DNA of 32,174 bases from a virus (lineage: Duplodnaviria > Caudoviricetes): the IMG/VR virus record IMGVR_UViG_3300037785_000116, positions 1 to 32,174 of that record; one strand, 5' to 3'. Below are positions 16,120 through 25,659 of the stretch, one piece after another (position 1 is the first letter of the stretch; every line of letters starts with the position of its first letter). The notes under the pieces are model-generated. The model had not been told where the DNA came from. It worked only from the letters and a program-made list of their open reading frames with translations, and ran no database searches. Both the position numbers and the translations under genes were made by a program.

Positions 16120-18553
16120 GAAACGCGTATCTGTCCGCCTCTCCGCAACCGGCGGCCGCCAGGTGCGTGCCGAGTTGGAAGGCGTCGGTGAGGCGGGTGC
16201 CAGTGGCATGGGGCGATTGTCGCGCGAGTTGGACCAAGCGAATGCGCGTATGGCGGCCTTTGCGCGCCGCGCCAAGATCGCGGCAACTGCTGCCGCAACT
16301 GCGTTGGCCGGTGCTGTCGTCGCGATGACGCGCTCTACGGTGGCAGCGGCCAACGAGATCGACCAGCTCTCCCAGGTCGCCAATGCTAATCCGGAGCTGT
16401 TCCAGCGCTGGTCGGCAGCCTCGGCTACCGTGGGCATCGAGCAGGAGAAGCTCGCCGATATCTTGAAAGACGTGAACGACCGCGTGGGGGATTTCCTGCA
16501 GACGGGCGGCGGGCCGATGGCCGACTTCTTCGAGAACATCGCGCCACGGGTTGGTGTGACGGCGGACCAGTTCGCCCGGCTCTCAGGGCCGGAAGCTTTG
16601 CAGCTTTATGTCGACAGCCTTGAGCGGGCGGGTGTCAGCCAGCAGGAGATGACTTTCTATCTCGAGGCCATGGCGTCTGACACGACGCGGCTGATCCCGC
16701 TGCTGCAAAACGGCGGCGCGGAGATGACCCGCCTTGGAGCGCAGGCCCAGGCGCTCGGCGCGGTGCTCGACGCAGATGCCATCGCCGCCATGCGCCGTTC
16801 GGAACTGGCGCTGGTTAGCATCGGGCAGGTGTTCACGGGCGTGCGCAACCGGATTGCTGTCGCGCTGGCCCCATCTCTGGAAGCCGTTGCCAATGCCTTC
16901 GTGGCGCTGGCATCTTCCACCAGCCCGATCAGCCGGGCCTTTGACGCGGTCCTCACCAATCTCGATCGGCTCGCGATCTATGCAGGCAGCTTCGCCACCT
17001 TCCTCGCTGGTCGCTGGGTAGCCGCGATGGCCGTCGCGGCGCTCTCGGTCCGCGGGCTTGCCACGACGCTCGTCGTCCTAAAAGGTGCGCTTATCCGCAC
17101 CGGCATTGGTGCGCTGATCGTGGGCGCAGGCGAATTGGTCTACTGGTTCACCCGGTTGGCTTCCGGCGCAGGCGGCTTCGGCGAAGCCATGGGCCTCTTG
17201 AAAGACGTCGCGGTCGAGGTCTGGAACCGGATCAAGATGGGCGCTTCGGCCGCTGGGGCTGCGGCCACCGCCATGTTCTACGATCTGAAAGCCGATGCCG
17301 CTTCCGCGATGGCAGGGGCCATCGAGAGTGTCGTCGGCTTTGGCAATGCGACTGCCAACACATTCGAGGGTGCACTTCTCGCTGCGCGCGAGATCTGGTC
17401 GCGCTTGCCCGCCGTGATCGGCGATCTGGTCTTCTCAGCCGCCAACCGCATGCTCGACGGCATCGAAGCCATGCTGAACGGCGCCATCGCCCGGATTGAT
17501 GCCTTTACCGGCCGTATCCGCGATGCCTTGGCGGCAGTCGGCATCGAGACCACTTTTGGCGAAATCGGCGAAATTAGCCTCGGCGATATTACCAACCCCT
17601 TTGCGGGCGCCTCGGCTGAGGCCGGGACAGCTGCGGCGGATGCCTTCCGCCGGGCCTTCGAGGAAAACCCGCTCAACGTTCCCGACCTTGGGCTTGACGC
17701 GATCGCCGCAGAGGCAGTGGACACCGCGAACCGGTATCGGCAGGCCGCCACTGATCTAGCGAATGGTGCGACAGCACCGCTAACCTCGTGGGCGGCGCTC
17801 CGCGATGCTTTTGCCGACACCGGCGAAGAAGGCGCAGCAGCCCTCGATGAGGCCACAGCCTCAGCCGACCGGCTAAACCAAGCTGTTACGGCTGCAGGAG
17901 CAGGGTCTGCTGGCGCAGGAGAACGGATTGTCACCGGCTGGCGCGCGGTCTCTGACGCGCTGCATTCCTATGCATCTGATGCGCTCAACTGGGGCAAGAG
18001 CCTCGGCCAGACGCTGACCCAAGCCTTCTCCGGCGCCGAAAGTGCGTTTCGCAGCTTTAGTGAGACGGGCAAGCTCGACTTCAAAAGCCTCGTGCGCTCG
18101 ATCCTAGCAGATTTGGCCGTACTGTCGTTCCGCCGCGCCGTGCTGGGACCGATCGCCAATGCGCTCGGCGGCATCTTTGGAGGCGGTGGGGCTGTTACAG
18201 CCGCGGTCTCCCACGCGGGTGGTGTGGTTGGGATCTCGGGCCATACGCGCTCCGTACCCGCCGCTGTATTTGCTGCGGCACCGCGCATGCATGCTGGTGG
18301 CTGGGCAGGCCTGCGTCCCGACGAAGTGCCAACGATCTTGCAGCGGGGCGAGCGGGTACTTTCCCGGGCGGAGGTTGCGCGCGGCGCTGGAACGAGCATT
18401 CCCGTTGCCGTCCATCTGAATGTCGATGCGCGCGGCGCCCAGATGGGCGTGGCCGAGCAGCTGGCAAGCGTGCTGCGCAATGCCCAGCCCGAGTTCGAGC
18501 GGATCGCCGTCGCGGCCGTCGGCAACGCGATGCGACGGGGGCGGCTGGCATGA
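16112..18553 (+). CDS. Tail tape measure protein
   Basis: 813 aa, Ala-rich helical, lambda-like C-terminal 'TGKLDFKSLVRSILADL' and 'DEVPTILQRGERVL'. Confidence 0.92.
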   Translation: MAEKRVSVRLSATGGRQVRAELEGVGEAGASGMGRLSRELDQANARMAAFARRAKIAATAAATALAGAVVAMTRSTVAAANEIDQLSQVANANPELFQRWSAASATVGIEQEKLADILKDVNDRVGDFLQTGGGPMADFFENIAPRVGVTADQFARLSGPEALQLYVDSLERAGVSQQEMTFYLEAMASDTTRLIPLLQNGGAEMTRLGAQAQALGAVLDADAIAAMRRSELALVSIGQVFTGVRNRIAVALAPSLEAVANAFVALASSTSPISRAFDAVLTNLDRLAIYAGSFATFLAGRWVAAMAVAALSVRGLATTLVVLKGALIRTGIGALIVGAGELVYWFTRLASGAGGFGEAMGLLKDVAVEVWNRIKMGASAAGAAATAMFYDLKADAASAMAGAIESVVGFGNATANTFEGALLAAREIWSRLPAVIGDLVFSAANRMLDGIEAMLNGAIARIDAFTGRIRDALAAVGIETTFGEIGEISLGDITNPFAGASAEAGTAAADAFRRAFEENPLNVPDLGLDAIAAEAVDTANRYRQAATDLANGATAPLTSWAALRDAFADTGEEGAAALDEATASADRLNQAVTAAGAGSAGAGERIVTGWRAVSDALHSYASDALNWGKSLGQTLTQAFSGAESAFRSFSETGKLDFKSLVRSILADLAVLSFRRAVLGPIANALGGIFGGGGAVTAAVSHAGGVVGISGHTRSVPAAVFAAAPRMHAGGWAGLRPDEVPTILQRGERVLSRAEVARGAGTSIPVAVHLNVDARGAQMGVAEQLASVLRNAQPEFERIAVAAVGNAMRRGRLA

Positions 18554-19149
18554 GCGTGATCGTGGAGCTACCCCGCACTTGGGTTGCAAGTCTCGAGCGG
18601 CGTTTGGTGACAGCGACCAGCCAGACACCGTCACCCTTCACCGGCAGCACTGAGGTCCAAGACTGGGGCGGGGAATGGTGGGAGTATGAGATCGAGTTTG
18701 CAGCGCAATCAGGGGCACTCGCGCGATCGGTTGGCGCCGCCCTGACTGCGCTTGGATCCGGTCGAGGTCTGCTCCTCTTTGCCGATCCCTCTATCGAGGC
18801 AAAAAACATCGCGCAGACCATCACGCTGCAACTGGCCGTCTCGGGCGGCAATCTCCTGCAGAGCCAAGGCTGGCCACCGGGATTGCCGGCCGTCCTCTCC
18901 GGCGATTTCATCTCGATCGGCTCAGGGCGGGACACGCGGTTGCATCAGGTGGCCTTTGACGCGGTGACAAATGCTCAGGGCCGTGCGGCACTCACAATCT
19001 TCCCGGGCGTCCGCCAGAGCCTGCCCGCAGGCACGGTGATCGAGGTGAACCAGCCCAAAGTGCTCTTACGGCCCACAAGCTCAGTGCCCACCCGCATCGA
19101 GCGGGCCGCACGCCACCGGTTTACCATGTCCGCACGGGAGGCGATTTGA
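18550..19149 (+). CDS. Putative distal tail protein
   Basis: ATGA overlap with the tape measure gene. 199 aa with 'SPFTG...WEYEI'. Positional call. Confidence 0.6.
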   Translation: MSVIVELPRTWVASLERRLVTATSQTPSPFTGSTEVQDWGGEWWEYEIEFAAQSGALARSVGAALTALGSGRGLLLFADPSIEAKNIAQTITLQLAVSGGNLLQSQGWPPGLPAVLSGDFISIGSGRDTRLHQVAFDAVTNAQGRAALTIFPGVRQSLPAGTVIEVNQPKVLLRPTSSVPTRIERAARHRFTMSAREAI

Positions 19150-19709
19150 TGAGCCGAGATCTCGCGGCAAACGTATCAGACGCGCTCGCGGAACAAGATC
19201 TTCGACCCGCCATCTTTTTTGAGGGGGCCTTTCCTACTGGCATCGTGCGGATCTGGACAGGGGTAGGCCCCGTCACATGGGACGAGAAGGTTTGGACAGG
19301 CGTGGGTGTCCTGCTAGGGCTTGGTGCCTTGGAGGAGACCTCAGACGTTGTGGCGTCTGGTACCACCGTCTCGCTTTCGGGCGTGCCGCTCGATCTGGTG
19401 GGGCTTGCAATCGAGGAAGCGCGCCAAGGTCAGCCGGGCCGTATCTGGCTTGCGCTGCTGACCGAGGATCGCCAGATCATCGCAGATCCCGTCCAAGCCT
19501 TCTCGGGCCGGCTTGATGTGCCGGAGATCCAGGAAGATGCGCAGAGCTGCCGGATCACCATCAGCTATGAGAGCCGCCTCATCGACCTGAATGTACCGCG
19601 CAACTGGCGCTACACGCATGAGAGCCAGCAGGTGCTCTTTCCGGGCGATCTCGGTTTTGCCCATGTCACCGCAATCCAGGACCAAGAGATCACTTGGGGG
19701 CGGGGATGA
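19149..19709 (+). CDS. Putative tail tip/hub protein (gpL-like position)
   Basis: 'WTGVG', C-terminal 'YTHESQQVLFPGDLGF...ITWG'. TGATG overlap. Confidence 0.65.
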   Translation: MSRDLAANVSDALAEQDLRPAIFFEGAFPTGIVRIWTGVGPVTWDEKVWTGVGVLLGLGALEETSDVVASGTTVSLSGVPLDLVGLAIEEARQGQPGRIWLALLTEDRQIIADPVQAFSGRLDVPEIQEDAQSCRITISYESRLIDLNVPRNWRYTHESQQVLFPGDLGFAHVTAIQDQEITWGRG

Positions 19710-20122
19710 ATGCCATGACTCGCATCCCCCATTGGGAACAGCTCTTCGCTGCTGCCATCACAGAGGCACGCACGCGGACCTTCGCCTGGGGCCAACATGA
19801 CTGCGCGACCTGGGCCTTTGATCTCCGCCGGGATCTGACAGGTGGCCCTGACCATGCCGCGCTCTGGCGAGGGCGGTATCGGACGCCCGTAGGCTGCCAG
19901 CGTGTGTTGCGCCGGCTTGGCTGGAAAACACTCGAAGAAGGTGGCCGGGCGCTTCTTGGCGAGCCCTTGTCTGATCCACGCCTCGCGCAACGCGGTGATC
20001 TGGTTCTGGGCGGAGTGCCCGAAGCCTTTGGCGTCTGCATCGGTGCGCAAGCTGCCTTCGCCTCGCCCGAGGGTTTGGTGACCCTGCCGCTCTCTTCCTG
20101 CCGTCTCGCCTGGAGAACCTGA
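19706..20122 (+). CDS. DUF6950/NlpC-P60-like tail assembly protein (gpK-like position)
   Basis: 'FAWGQHDCATW' and 'AQRGD'. ATGA overlap with the previous gene. Confidence 0.75.
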   Translation: MNAMTRIPHWEQLFAAAITEARTRTFAWGQHDCATWAFDLRRDLTGGPDHAALWRGRYRTPVGCQRVLRRLGWKTLEEGGRALLGEPLSDPRLAQRGDLVLGGVPEAFGVCIGAQAAFASPEGLVTLPLSSCRLAWRT

Positions 20123-20125
20123 TCC

Positions 20126-22717
20126 ATGCCGCCTGTCATTTTGGGTGCCGTCGCCCTCGGCGGCGCGGCGATTGCGGCTGGCGGCGTGGCGGCAGCTTTT
20201 GCAGCGACGGGTCTGATTGGCTTTGCCGCAAACTTCGGCGCCTCGATGCTGCTCTCGGCGGCGGCACAGTCCATGATGCCCAAGCCCTCGATGGGCCAGA
20301 TCGAGCTGCAGGCCCGGACGGTGACGGTGCGCGAGCCGGTGATGCCCCGCCAGATGGTCTATGGGCGGACCCGTAAGGGGGGCGTGATCACTTTCCTGCA
20401 TTCCACCGGCGAAAAGGACAAAGACCTCCATCTGGTCGTGGTGCTCGCTGCCCACCGCGTGAAGTCGATTGGTGCTGTCTACTTCGAGGGTGAGATGGCG
20501 CTCGATGCAGCTGGCACCGCACAAGGGCGATGGGCGGGCAAGCTTGCCGTCGAAAAGCGCCTCGGTCGCGATGATCAAACTGCATTCGCAGGCCTGATCA
20601 CCGCCGCGCCAGAACTCTGGACAGCCGCACATAGATTGGCGGGATGCGCCGCCATCTATCTGCGGCTCACTTATGACCCGGATGCCTTCCCAGGCGGGAT
20701 CCCGAACATCACCGTCGATATGGAGGGCAAGGACGATATTCTTGATCCGCGCACGGGCACGCGCGGCTACACAGAGAATGCCGCGCTTTGCGTCGCCGAT
20801 TACATGGCCCATCCCGTCTATGGCCTTGGGGCAGGCATAGGTACGCCGGATGGTATTGAGACCGAAAGCCTGATTGAGGCGGCCAATATTTGCGATGAGC
20901 GGATCGCTTTGTCAGGCGGCGGCACTGAGCCCCGCTACAGCTGCAATGGCGTCGTCTCGCTCTCAGAGACGCCCAAGACCATCATCGAGGCGATGCTGAC
21001 CGCCATGGCCGGGCGCTGCATCTGGCAGGCGGGCCAATGGCGCATGCGGGCAGGCGCGTATCGGATCCCGACTGAGCTACTGACCAGCAACGACGTCCGC
21101 GAAGGCGGCATGACGCTGACCACCCGTCAAAGCCGTGCGTCCAACTTCAACGCGGTCCGCGGCCAGTTCGTCAGCCCTGAGAACAACTGGCAGCCTGATG
21201 ACTTCCCGGCTTACGCCTCCGAGACCTATCGGTTGGAAGATGGCGGCGAGCAGATCTGGCGCGATATTGCGCTGCCATTCACGATCTCGGCCTCGATGGC
21301 GCAGCGTCTGGCCAAGATCGAGCTTGAGCGGGCGCGGCGGCAGATGAGTGTCAGGGTCTCGGGAAAGCTCAAGGCCTGGCGTGTCGCGGCCGGCGAAACC
21401 ACGCTCCTGCGCTATACCCGCTGGGGCTTTGGCGGTCCCGATCCCGATGACGGCAAACCCTTTGAGGTCGAGGCTGTGCGGCTGGACCTGACCCAGATGG
21501 GATCCGGTCCGCGGATCGCGCCGGAGCTCTTGCTGCGTGAGACCTCGCCCTTGGTCTATGACTGGGACGCCAGCGAGGAGCAGATCTATGCGGCTGCCCC
21601 GCGCACGACCTTGCCGTCGGCGTTCGACATCGCGCCGCCGGGTGCACCGCAGGGGGAAGAGGAGCTTTACGTCACCCGCGATGGCTCGGCCGTAAAGGTA
21701 CTGTTGCGGGTCCGCTGGGCAGAAGCGCAAAGCGGCTTTGTGGATAGCTACCAGTTCGAGGCCCGCCGCGATGGCGGCGACTGGCAAGATTACGGGCGAA
21801 CAAGCGGCACGCTAATGGAACTCCGCGACATTGCGCCGGGGCAGTGGGATTTCCGCGTCAAAGCCGTCTCTGTGCTGGGGGTCTCCTCTCCCTGGCGCGA
21901 CGGCACGCGCGAGGTGGTGGGGCTGACTGCCCCGCCGGCGGCCCTCGAAGGTCTGACCATCCAGTCTGCGGGCGGGCTTGCGGTCCTCAAATGGCAGCGC
22001 GCGGTCGATGTGGATGTGCGGGTCGGCGGCAGTGTCATTATCCGCCACAGCAAGGATGCGAACGCCTCTTGGGCGAACTCGACGCTGATGGACCGGGTCT
22101 CGGGCGGGGAGGCCATCGCGGTCGTACCCCTGAAACCCGGCACCTATCTCCTACGGGCCGAGGACAGCGAGGGGCGTATCGGTCCCGTCAGCACAGTCAC
22201 GACAAAGGGCGTGCAAATCCTGAGCTTTGCGCAGCTGAATACGCTGGCGGCGGATCCAAGCTTCCCCGGACCCAAAACTGGGCTCGTGGCAAGTGCTGGA
22301 ACGCTTAAGCTCGAAACCGGGACAGATGCCGCGGGAAGCCCGGTCGTTCTAGCAACCGAGGGCCTCTATCAGTTCGGGACCCGTCTCGACTTTGGCGCGC
22401 TAAAGCTTGTGCGGCTTCGCTCGGACATCTTGGTCGGTGCCTCGGCGCTCTCTGATTACATCGATGACCGCATGACCCCGATCGACAGCTGGGCCGACTT
22501 CGACGGCTCAGAAGGCGCTGATATCGATGTCGTCCTCGAGGTGCGCGAGACCGATGACGATCCAGCAGCAAACCCCGACTGGGGACCCTGGGGTCGGATC
22601 GACAATAGCGAGATCGAGGCGCGCGCGGTGGAAGCGCGGGCATGGCTCAGGACGAATGACCCGGCATTCACGCCGATCGTGTCCGAGTTGCGGCTGATCG
22701 CGGATGAGGTGGCCTAG
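20126..22717 (+). CDS. Central tail tip / host specificity protein (gpJ-like) with Fn3-like domains
   Basis: 863 aa, 'PRQMVYGRTR', 'YSCNG', 'FNAVRGQF', Fn3-like 'WDFRVKAVSVLG..SPW'. Confidence 0.85.
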   Translation: MPPVILGAVALGGAAIAAGGVAAAFAATGLIGFAANFGASMLLSAAAQSMMPKPSMGQIELQARTVTVREPVMPRQMVYGRTRKGGVITFLHSTGEKDKDLHLVVVLAAHRVKSIGAVYFEGEMALDAAGTAQGRWAGKLAVEKRLGRDDQTAFAGLITAAPELWTAAHRLAGCAAIYLRLTYDPDAFPGGIPNITVDMEGKDDILDPRTGTRGYTENAALCVADYMAHPVYGLGAGIGTPDGIETESLIEAANICDERIALSGGGTEPRYSCNGVVSLSETPKTIIEAMLTAMAGRCIWQAGQWRMRAGAYRIPTELLTSNDVREGGMTLTTRQSRASNFNAVRGQFVSPENNWQPDDFPAYASETYRLEDGGEQIWRDIALPFTISASMAQRLAKIELERARRQMSVRVSGKLKAWRVAAGETTLLRYTRWGFGGPDPDDGKPFEVEAVRLDLTQMGSGPRIAPELLLRETSPLVYDWDASEEQIYAAAPRTTLPSAFDIAPPGAPQGEEELYVTRDGSAVKVLLRVRWAEAQSGFVDSYQFEARRDGGDWQDYGRTSGTLMELRDIAPGQWDFRVKAVSVLGVSSPWRDGTREVVGLTAPPAALEGLTIQSAGGLAVLKWQRAVDVDVRVGGSVIIRHSKDANASWANSTLMDRVSGGEAIAVVPLKPGTYLLRAEDSEGRIGPVSTVTTKGVQILSFAQLNTLAADPSFPGPKTGLVASAGTLKLETGTDAAGSPVVLATEGLYQFGTRLDFGALKLVRLRSDILVGASALSDYIDDRMTPIDSWADFDGSEGADIDVVLEVRETDDDPAANPDWGPWGRIDNSEIEARAVEARAWLRTNDPAFTPIVSELRLIADEVA

Positions 22718-22730
22718 TGGATGTAATGCA

Positions 22731-22961
22731 ATGACCCAAGTTCCGAGCTTCGTGATCGTCAATGAAAATGGCGCGGCCGTCCGTGCGCAGATCAATCAGG
22801 TGATCGCCGCCCTCAGGTCGACCAGCAGCGGCGCCACCGCCCCAACGGCGACTGCGCCAGGCATGCTTTGGCTCGATACCAGCACCACGCCGCCAACCCT
22901 CAAGATCCGCGATGCTGCCGATAGCGCCTTCGGCGCGCTGCTCGATGGCGGGGAATACTAA
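22731..22961 (+). CDS. Short fibre-anchor-like protein (76 aa) ending LDGGEY
   Basis: 'NGAAVRAQIN..IAAL...SG.TAP....GMLWLDTS....LKIRD' resembles tail-fibre N-termini. Directly after the gpJ-like gene. Confidence 0.65.
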   Translation: MTQVPSFVIVNENGAAVRAQINQVIAALRSTSSGATAPTATAPGMLWLDTSTTPPTLKIRDAADSAFGALLDGGEY

Positions 22962-23011
22962 ACCGGGCCGCGACATCGGCCCGAGACCATCCAGTACGAA
23001 AGACGCCGGCC

Positions 23012-23323
23012 ATGCAGGACCAGAGCTTTATCGAGATGATCAACAACCTCTTTGGAGGGGCTGTCACCACGCTGATCGGGGCATTCACGGGACGGCTGAT
23101 GTATCATTCAGGGGAGGTGAAATTGGGCAGACGTCGCTTCTTTGGCAAAGAGCTTCTATGGGAAATCCCTGTGGCCGTCGGCATGGCTCTGATTGGCGAT
23201 GCGGCTGCGAGCTATATGGGGCTGACCCAGCCGGTCAGTACAGGCTTTGTGGCGACGCTCGCCTATCTCGGTCCCCGCGGTGCGGAAACCTTGCTGGCCG
23301 CCTGGCTTGGCAAAAAGAAATAA
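23012..23323 (+). CDS. Putative holin
   Basis: 103 aa, about three hydrophobic segments, 'AYLGPRG', basic KKK C-terminus, upstream of the endolysin. Confidence 0.7.
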   Translation: MQDQSFIEMINNLFGGAVTTLIGAFTGRLMYHSGEVKLGRRRFFGKELLWEIPVAVGMALIGDAAASYMGLTQPVSTGFVATLAYLGPRGAETLLAAWLGKKK

Positions 23324-23446
23324 TCACCATCCAAAAATATGATGCTCCGAATAACAAAAAAGACCCGCATGATTGACCATGATCAATGAGCCGTGTCCCG
23401 CAAAGAAACTTGATCCCGAAATGCCTACTCGCATTCAAAGCAAATC

Positions 23447-23475
23447 TTGCGCTTTGCATTGCCCAGGCCTAAAGA
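23447..23475 (+). promoter_or_regulatory. Possible promoter of hns
   Basis: TTGCGC, 17-nt spacer, TAAAGA in an AT-rich intergenic region. Confidence 0.3.
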
Positions 23476-23507
23476 TCGCAAACTTAAATCAATCCTGAAG
23501 GGTTATC

Positions 23508-23828
23508 ATGTCGACTGCAGATTTGGAAAAGATGAGCCTTGCTGATCTCAAGGCGCTCCTTAAAGACGTTGAAAAAGCAATTAAGACCTATGAAGCGCGC
23601 AAGCTTGCTGAGGCGCGTGCCGCACTTGAAGCGAAGGCGCGTGAGTTGGGCGTGACCCTCGAAGCCGTCTTGGGCGGCAAGCCCGCACGCGCTGCATCGG
23701 GCGCCGTCGCCAAATACCGCCATCCCGAAAACCCCTCCCTGACCTGGTCGGGCCGTGGCCGCACGCCGAAGTGGATTGCGGATCATGAGGCAAATGGCGG
23801 GAGTCGCGAAGATTACGCGATTGGCTGA
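23508..23828 (+). CDS. hns: H-NS family nucleoid-associated protein (HvrA/Spb-like)
   Basis: Coiled-coil N-terminus and DNA-binding signature 'KYRHPENPSLTWSGRGRTPKWI'. Confidence 0.92.
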   Translation: MSTADLEKMSLADLKALLKDVEKAIKTYEARKLAEARAALEAKARELGVTLEAVLGGKPARAASGAVAKYRHPENPSLTWSGRGRTPKWIADHEANGGSREDYAIG

Positions 23829-23896
23829 CTACCGCCTACCGTCTTGAAACCCTAGCGCATGGTGTCCACATCACACACAGTCGTAATGAGGATGCC

Positions 23897-24133
23897 ATGC
23901 CTACCCGCCAAGACTTCACCGATGTTCTTGCACAATTGACGGCCTCAACGGATGTCGTTGACAAGGCCAAGGAACTCGTGAGGGCGCGGGGTGGAAATTG
24001 GACGGAGCCTCAAGGCCATCTTGGCCTTTTTGAAATCCAGATTGACGGCGTATTTGGGATTGGCCCGACGCCTACTGCGGCTATTGATGATTGGATGTCG
24101 CAAGCGCGTGACGTGGTGACGGGACCGCGGTAA
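23897..24133 (+). CDS. Hypothetical protein (78 aa)
   Basis: GAGG RBS, fills the gap downstream of hns. Confidence 0.6.
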   Translation: MPTRQDFTDVLAQLTASTDVVDKAKELVRARGGNWTEPQGHLGLFEIQIDGVFGIGPTPTAAIDDWMSQARDVVTGPR

Positions 24134-24271
24134 TTCCTATGCGGTCATCTAATGATCATTCTTTCTTGAACCGATGAAGTGACTTGAGTCGTCCGTTTAT
24201 GCCTGTCAACGCAGGCAAACTGCGGCCCAAGCCATTCTGAACCACCCGAGACATCAACATATCGATACAGC

Positions 24272-24300
24272 GCCGCCCTTCGGGGCGGCATTTCTTTTTG
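24272..24300 (+). terminator. Intrinsic terminator upstream of the endolysin
   Basis: GCCGCCC-TTCG-GGGCGGC followed by ATTTCTTTTTG. Confidence 0.75.
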
Positions 24301-24314
24301 CTTGGGAGAGGACC

Positions 24315-25247
24315 ATGACGCCTTTTGAGATTGCGCGCGGCTATATCGGCACGACCGAGGGGCCTGGCCCTGAGAACAACCCGATCATCATGGCGATGTA
24401 TGCCTCGGTAGGGCATGACTGGGTGGAGCATGACAGTGTTGCTTGGTGCGCGGCCTTTGTCGGGCATTGCCTTGAAGAGGCCGGGATCCGGTCGACGCGG
24501 CAGCTGACAGCCCGCTCCTATCTGGACTGGGGCGTGCCGGTAGAGATTGCCGACGCCCAGGCCGGCGACATTGGGGTGATCCCGCGCGGGAGCGCAAGCT
24601 GGCAGGGCCACGTCTTCTTCATCGACCGGATCGAGGGACCGTGGGTCTGGGGTCTGGGGGGCAACCAGAGCGATGCAGTCAATGTAAAGCGGTACCCGGT
24701 CTCGAAGCTCTTGGGCGTGCGGCGTGCTGGCAATGTGGCGCCTGCTGTCACCATGAGCATCCGCGATGTGCAGACCCGTCTGCGTGCGCTTGGCTATCAC
24801 GAGGTGGGTGCGATCGACGGGTTGATAGGTCCCCGAACGCGGGCGGCCATCCTCGCCTTCCGCGATGACAATGCGCTGCCGCTGGTGCCCATCATCGATG
24901 TGGCGCTGACTGAGGCGCTGGAACGGGCAGCCCCGCGCGCGGTGGCCCTAGCACGTGCTGAGGGCAGCCCTGAGCAGAGCCGCATTGTCGCTTCCGCTAA
25001 TGCCCAGATTAGGCTGGGTGTCATGGGGGCAGCTGGCACGCTTGGGTCCCAGCTAGCCCCCGCCTTGGCCGAGGCGGAGCAGGCGCAGGATCTAGCGGCG
25101 CGCATGGTGGCGCTCCTGGGCATGCACAGCTGGTTGCCAGCAGTTCTGCCTTGGCTTGGCCTCGCCGTCTTCGTCGCTGTGATCCTCTACGCCCTGCGCG
25201 CCCGTGCCGCCCGGATTGAGGATCACCGCACGGGACGGACGCCATGA
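24315..25247 (+). CDS. Endolysin: TIGR02594-like CHAP/NlpC-P60 domain, peptidoglycan-binding domain, hydrophobic C-terminus
   Basis: 'AWCAAFV' (Cys), 'GHVFF' (His), 'LGGNQSDAV', 'VQTRLRALGY...IDGLIGPRTRAAILAF'. Confidence 0.85.
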   Translation: MTPFEIARGYIGTTEGPGPENNPIIMAMYASVGHDWVEHDSVAWCAAFVGHCLEEAGIRSTRQLTARSYLDWGVPVEIADAQAGDIGVIPRGSASWQGHVFFIDRIEGPWVWGLGGNQSDAVNVKRYPVSKLLGVRRAGNVAPAVTMSIRDVQTRLRALGYHEVGAIDGLIGPRTRAAILAFRDDNALPLVPIIDVALTEALERAAPRAVALARAEGSPEQSRIVASANAQIRLGVMGAAGTLGSQLAPALAEAEQAQDLAARMVALLGMHSWLPAVLPWLGLAVFVAVILYALRARAARIEDHRTGRTP

Positions 25248-25501
25248 TCGGGCTCGTAACACCGCTCATCGCTCGTCTCGGCAGGCGCGCCGCACTTTAT
25301 GGGGCGCTTGCTCTAGCCATTATCTCCGCACTTGGGATTGCCATGCGTCAAGGGCGCAAAGCAGCCGAGGCCATCTATGCCATCCGCCGCGCCGATGCCC
25401 GCATCAGATCCATGCAAACCGCCAAGGAACTCCGCCATGACATCCAAAGCTCTGATCGGCCTAAGCTTGAGCGCCGCGCTGACCGCTGGATGCGGGATTG
25501 A
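25244..25501 (+). CDS. Putative inner-membrane spanin (Rz-like)
   Basis: N-terminal TM helix then a charged helix. ATGA overlap with the endolysin. Confidence 0.6.
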   Translation: MIGLVTPLIARLGRRAALYGALALAIISALGIAMRQGRKAAEAIYAIRRADARIRSMQTAKELRHDIQSSDRPKLERRADRWMRD

Positions 25502-25640
25502 TCCGCGCTCGTTGCGTGAAGACTGCGATTGGGTCGAACCTATCCGCCCGTCGCGTCACGATGTGCTGAGTGAAGGGACACTTTCCCAGATTGTCGCGCA
25601 TAACGAGGTCGGGGCCAGGCTCTGCGGGTGGCGCCCATGA
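25437..25640 (+). CDS. Putative outer-membrane lipoprotein spanin (Rz1-like)
   Basis: From ATG 25437: MTSKALIGLSLSAALTAG-C lipobox. Overlaps the Rz-like 3' end in another frame. Confidence 0.65.
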   Translation: MTSKALIGLSLSAALTAGCGIDPRSLREDCDWVEPIRPSRHDVLSEGTLSQIVAHNEVGARLCGWRP

Positions 25641-25659
25641 ACACGGGGTACCGACCCGT

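Noticed and set aside
4252-22717. Gene transfer agent (RcGTA-like) cluster
   Set aside because: The head module is lambda-type (GpA, gpW, S49, D, E) rather than HK97-type, and the tape measure is far longer than in RcGTA.
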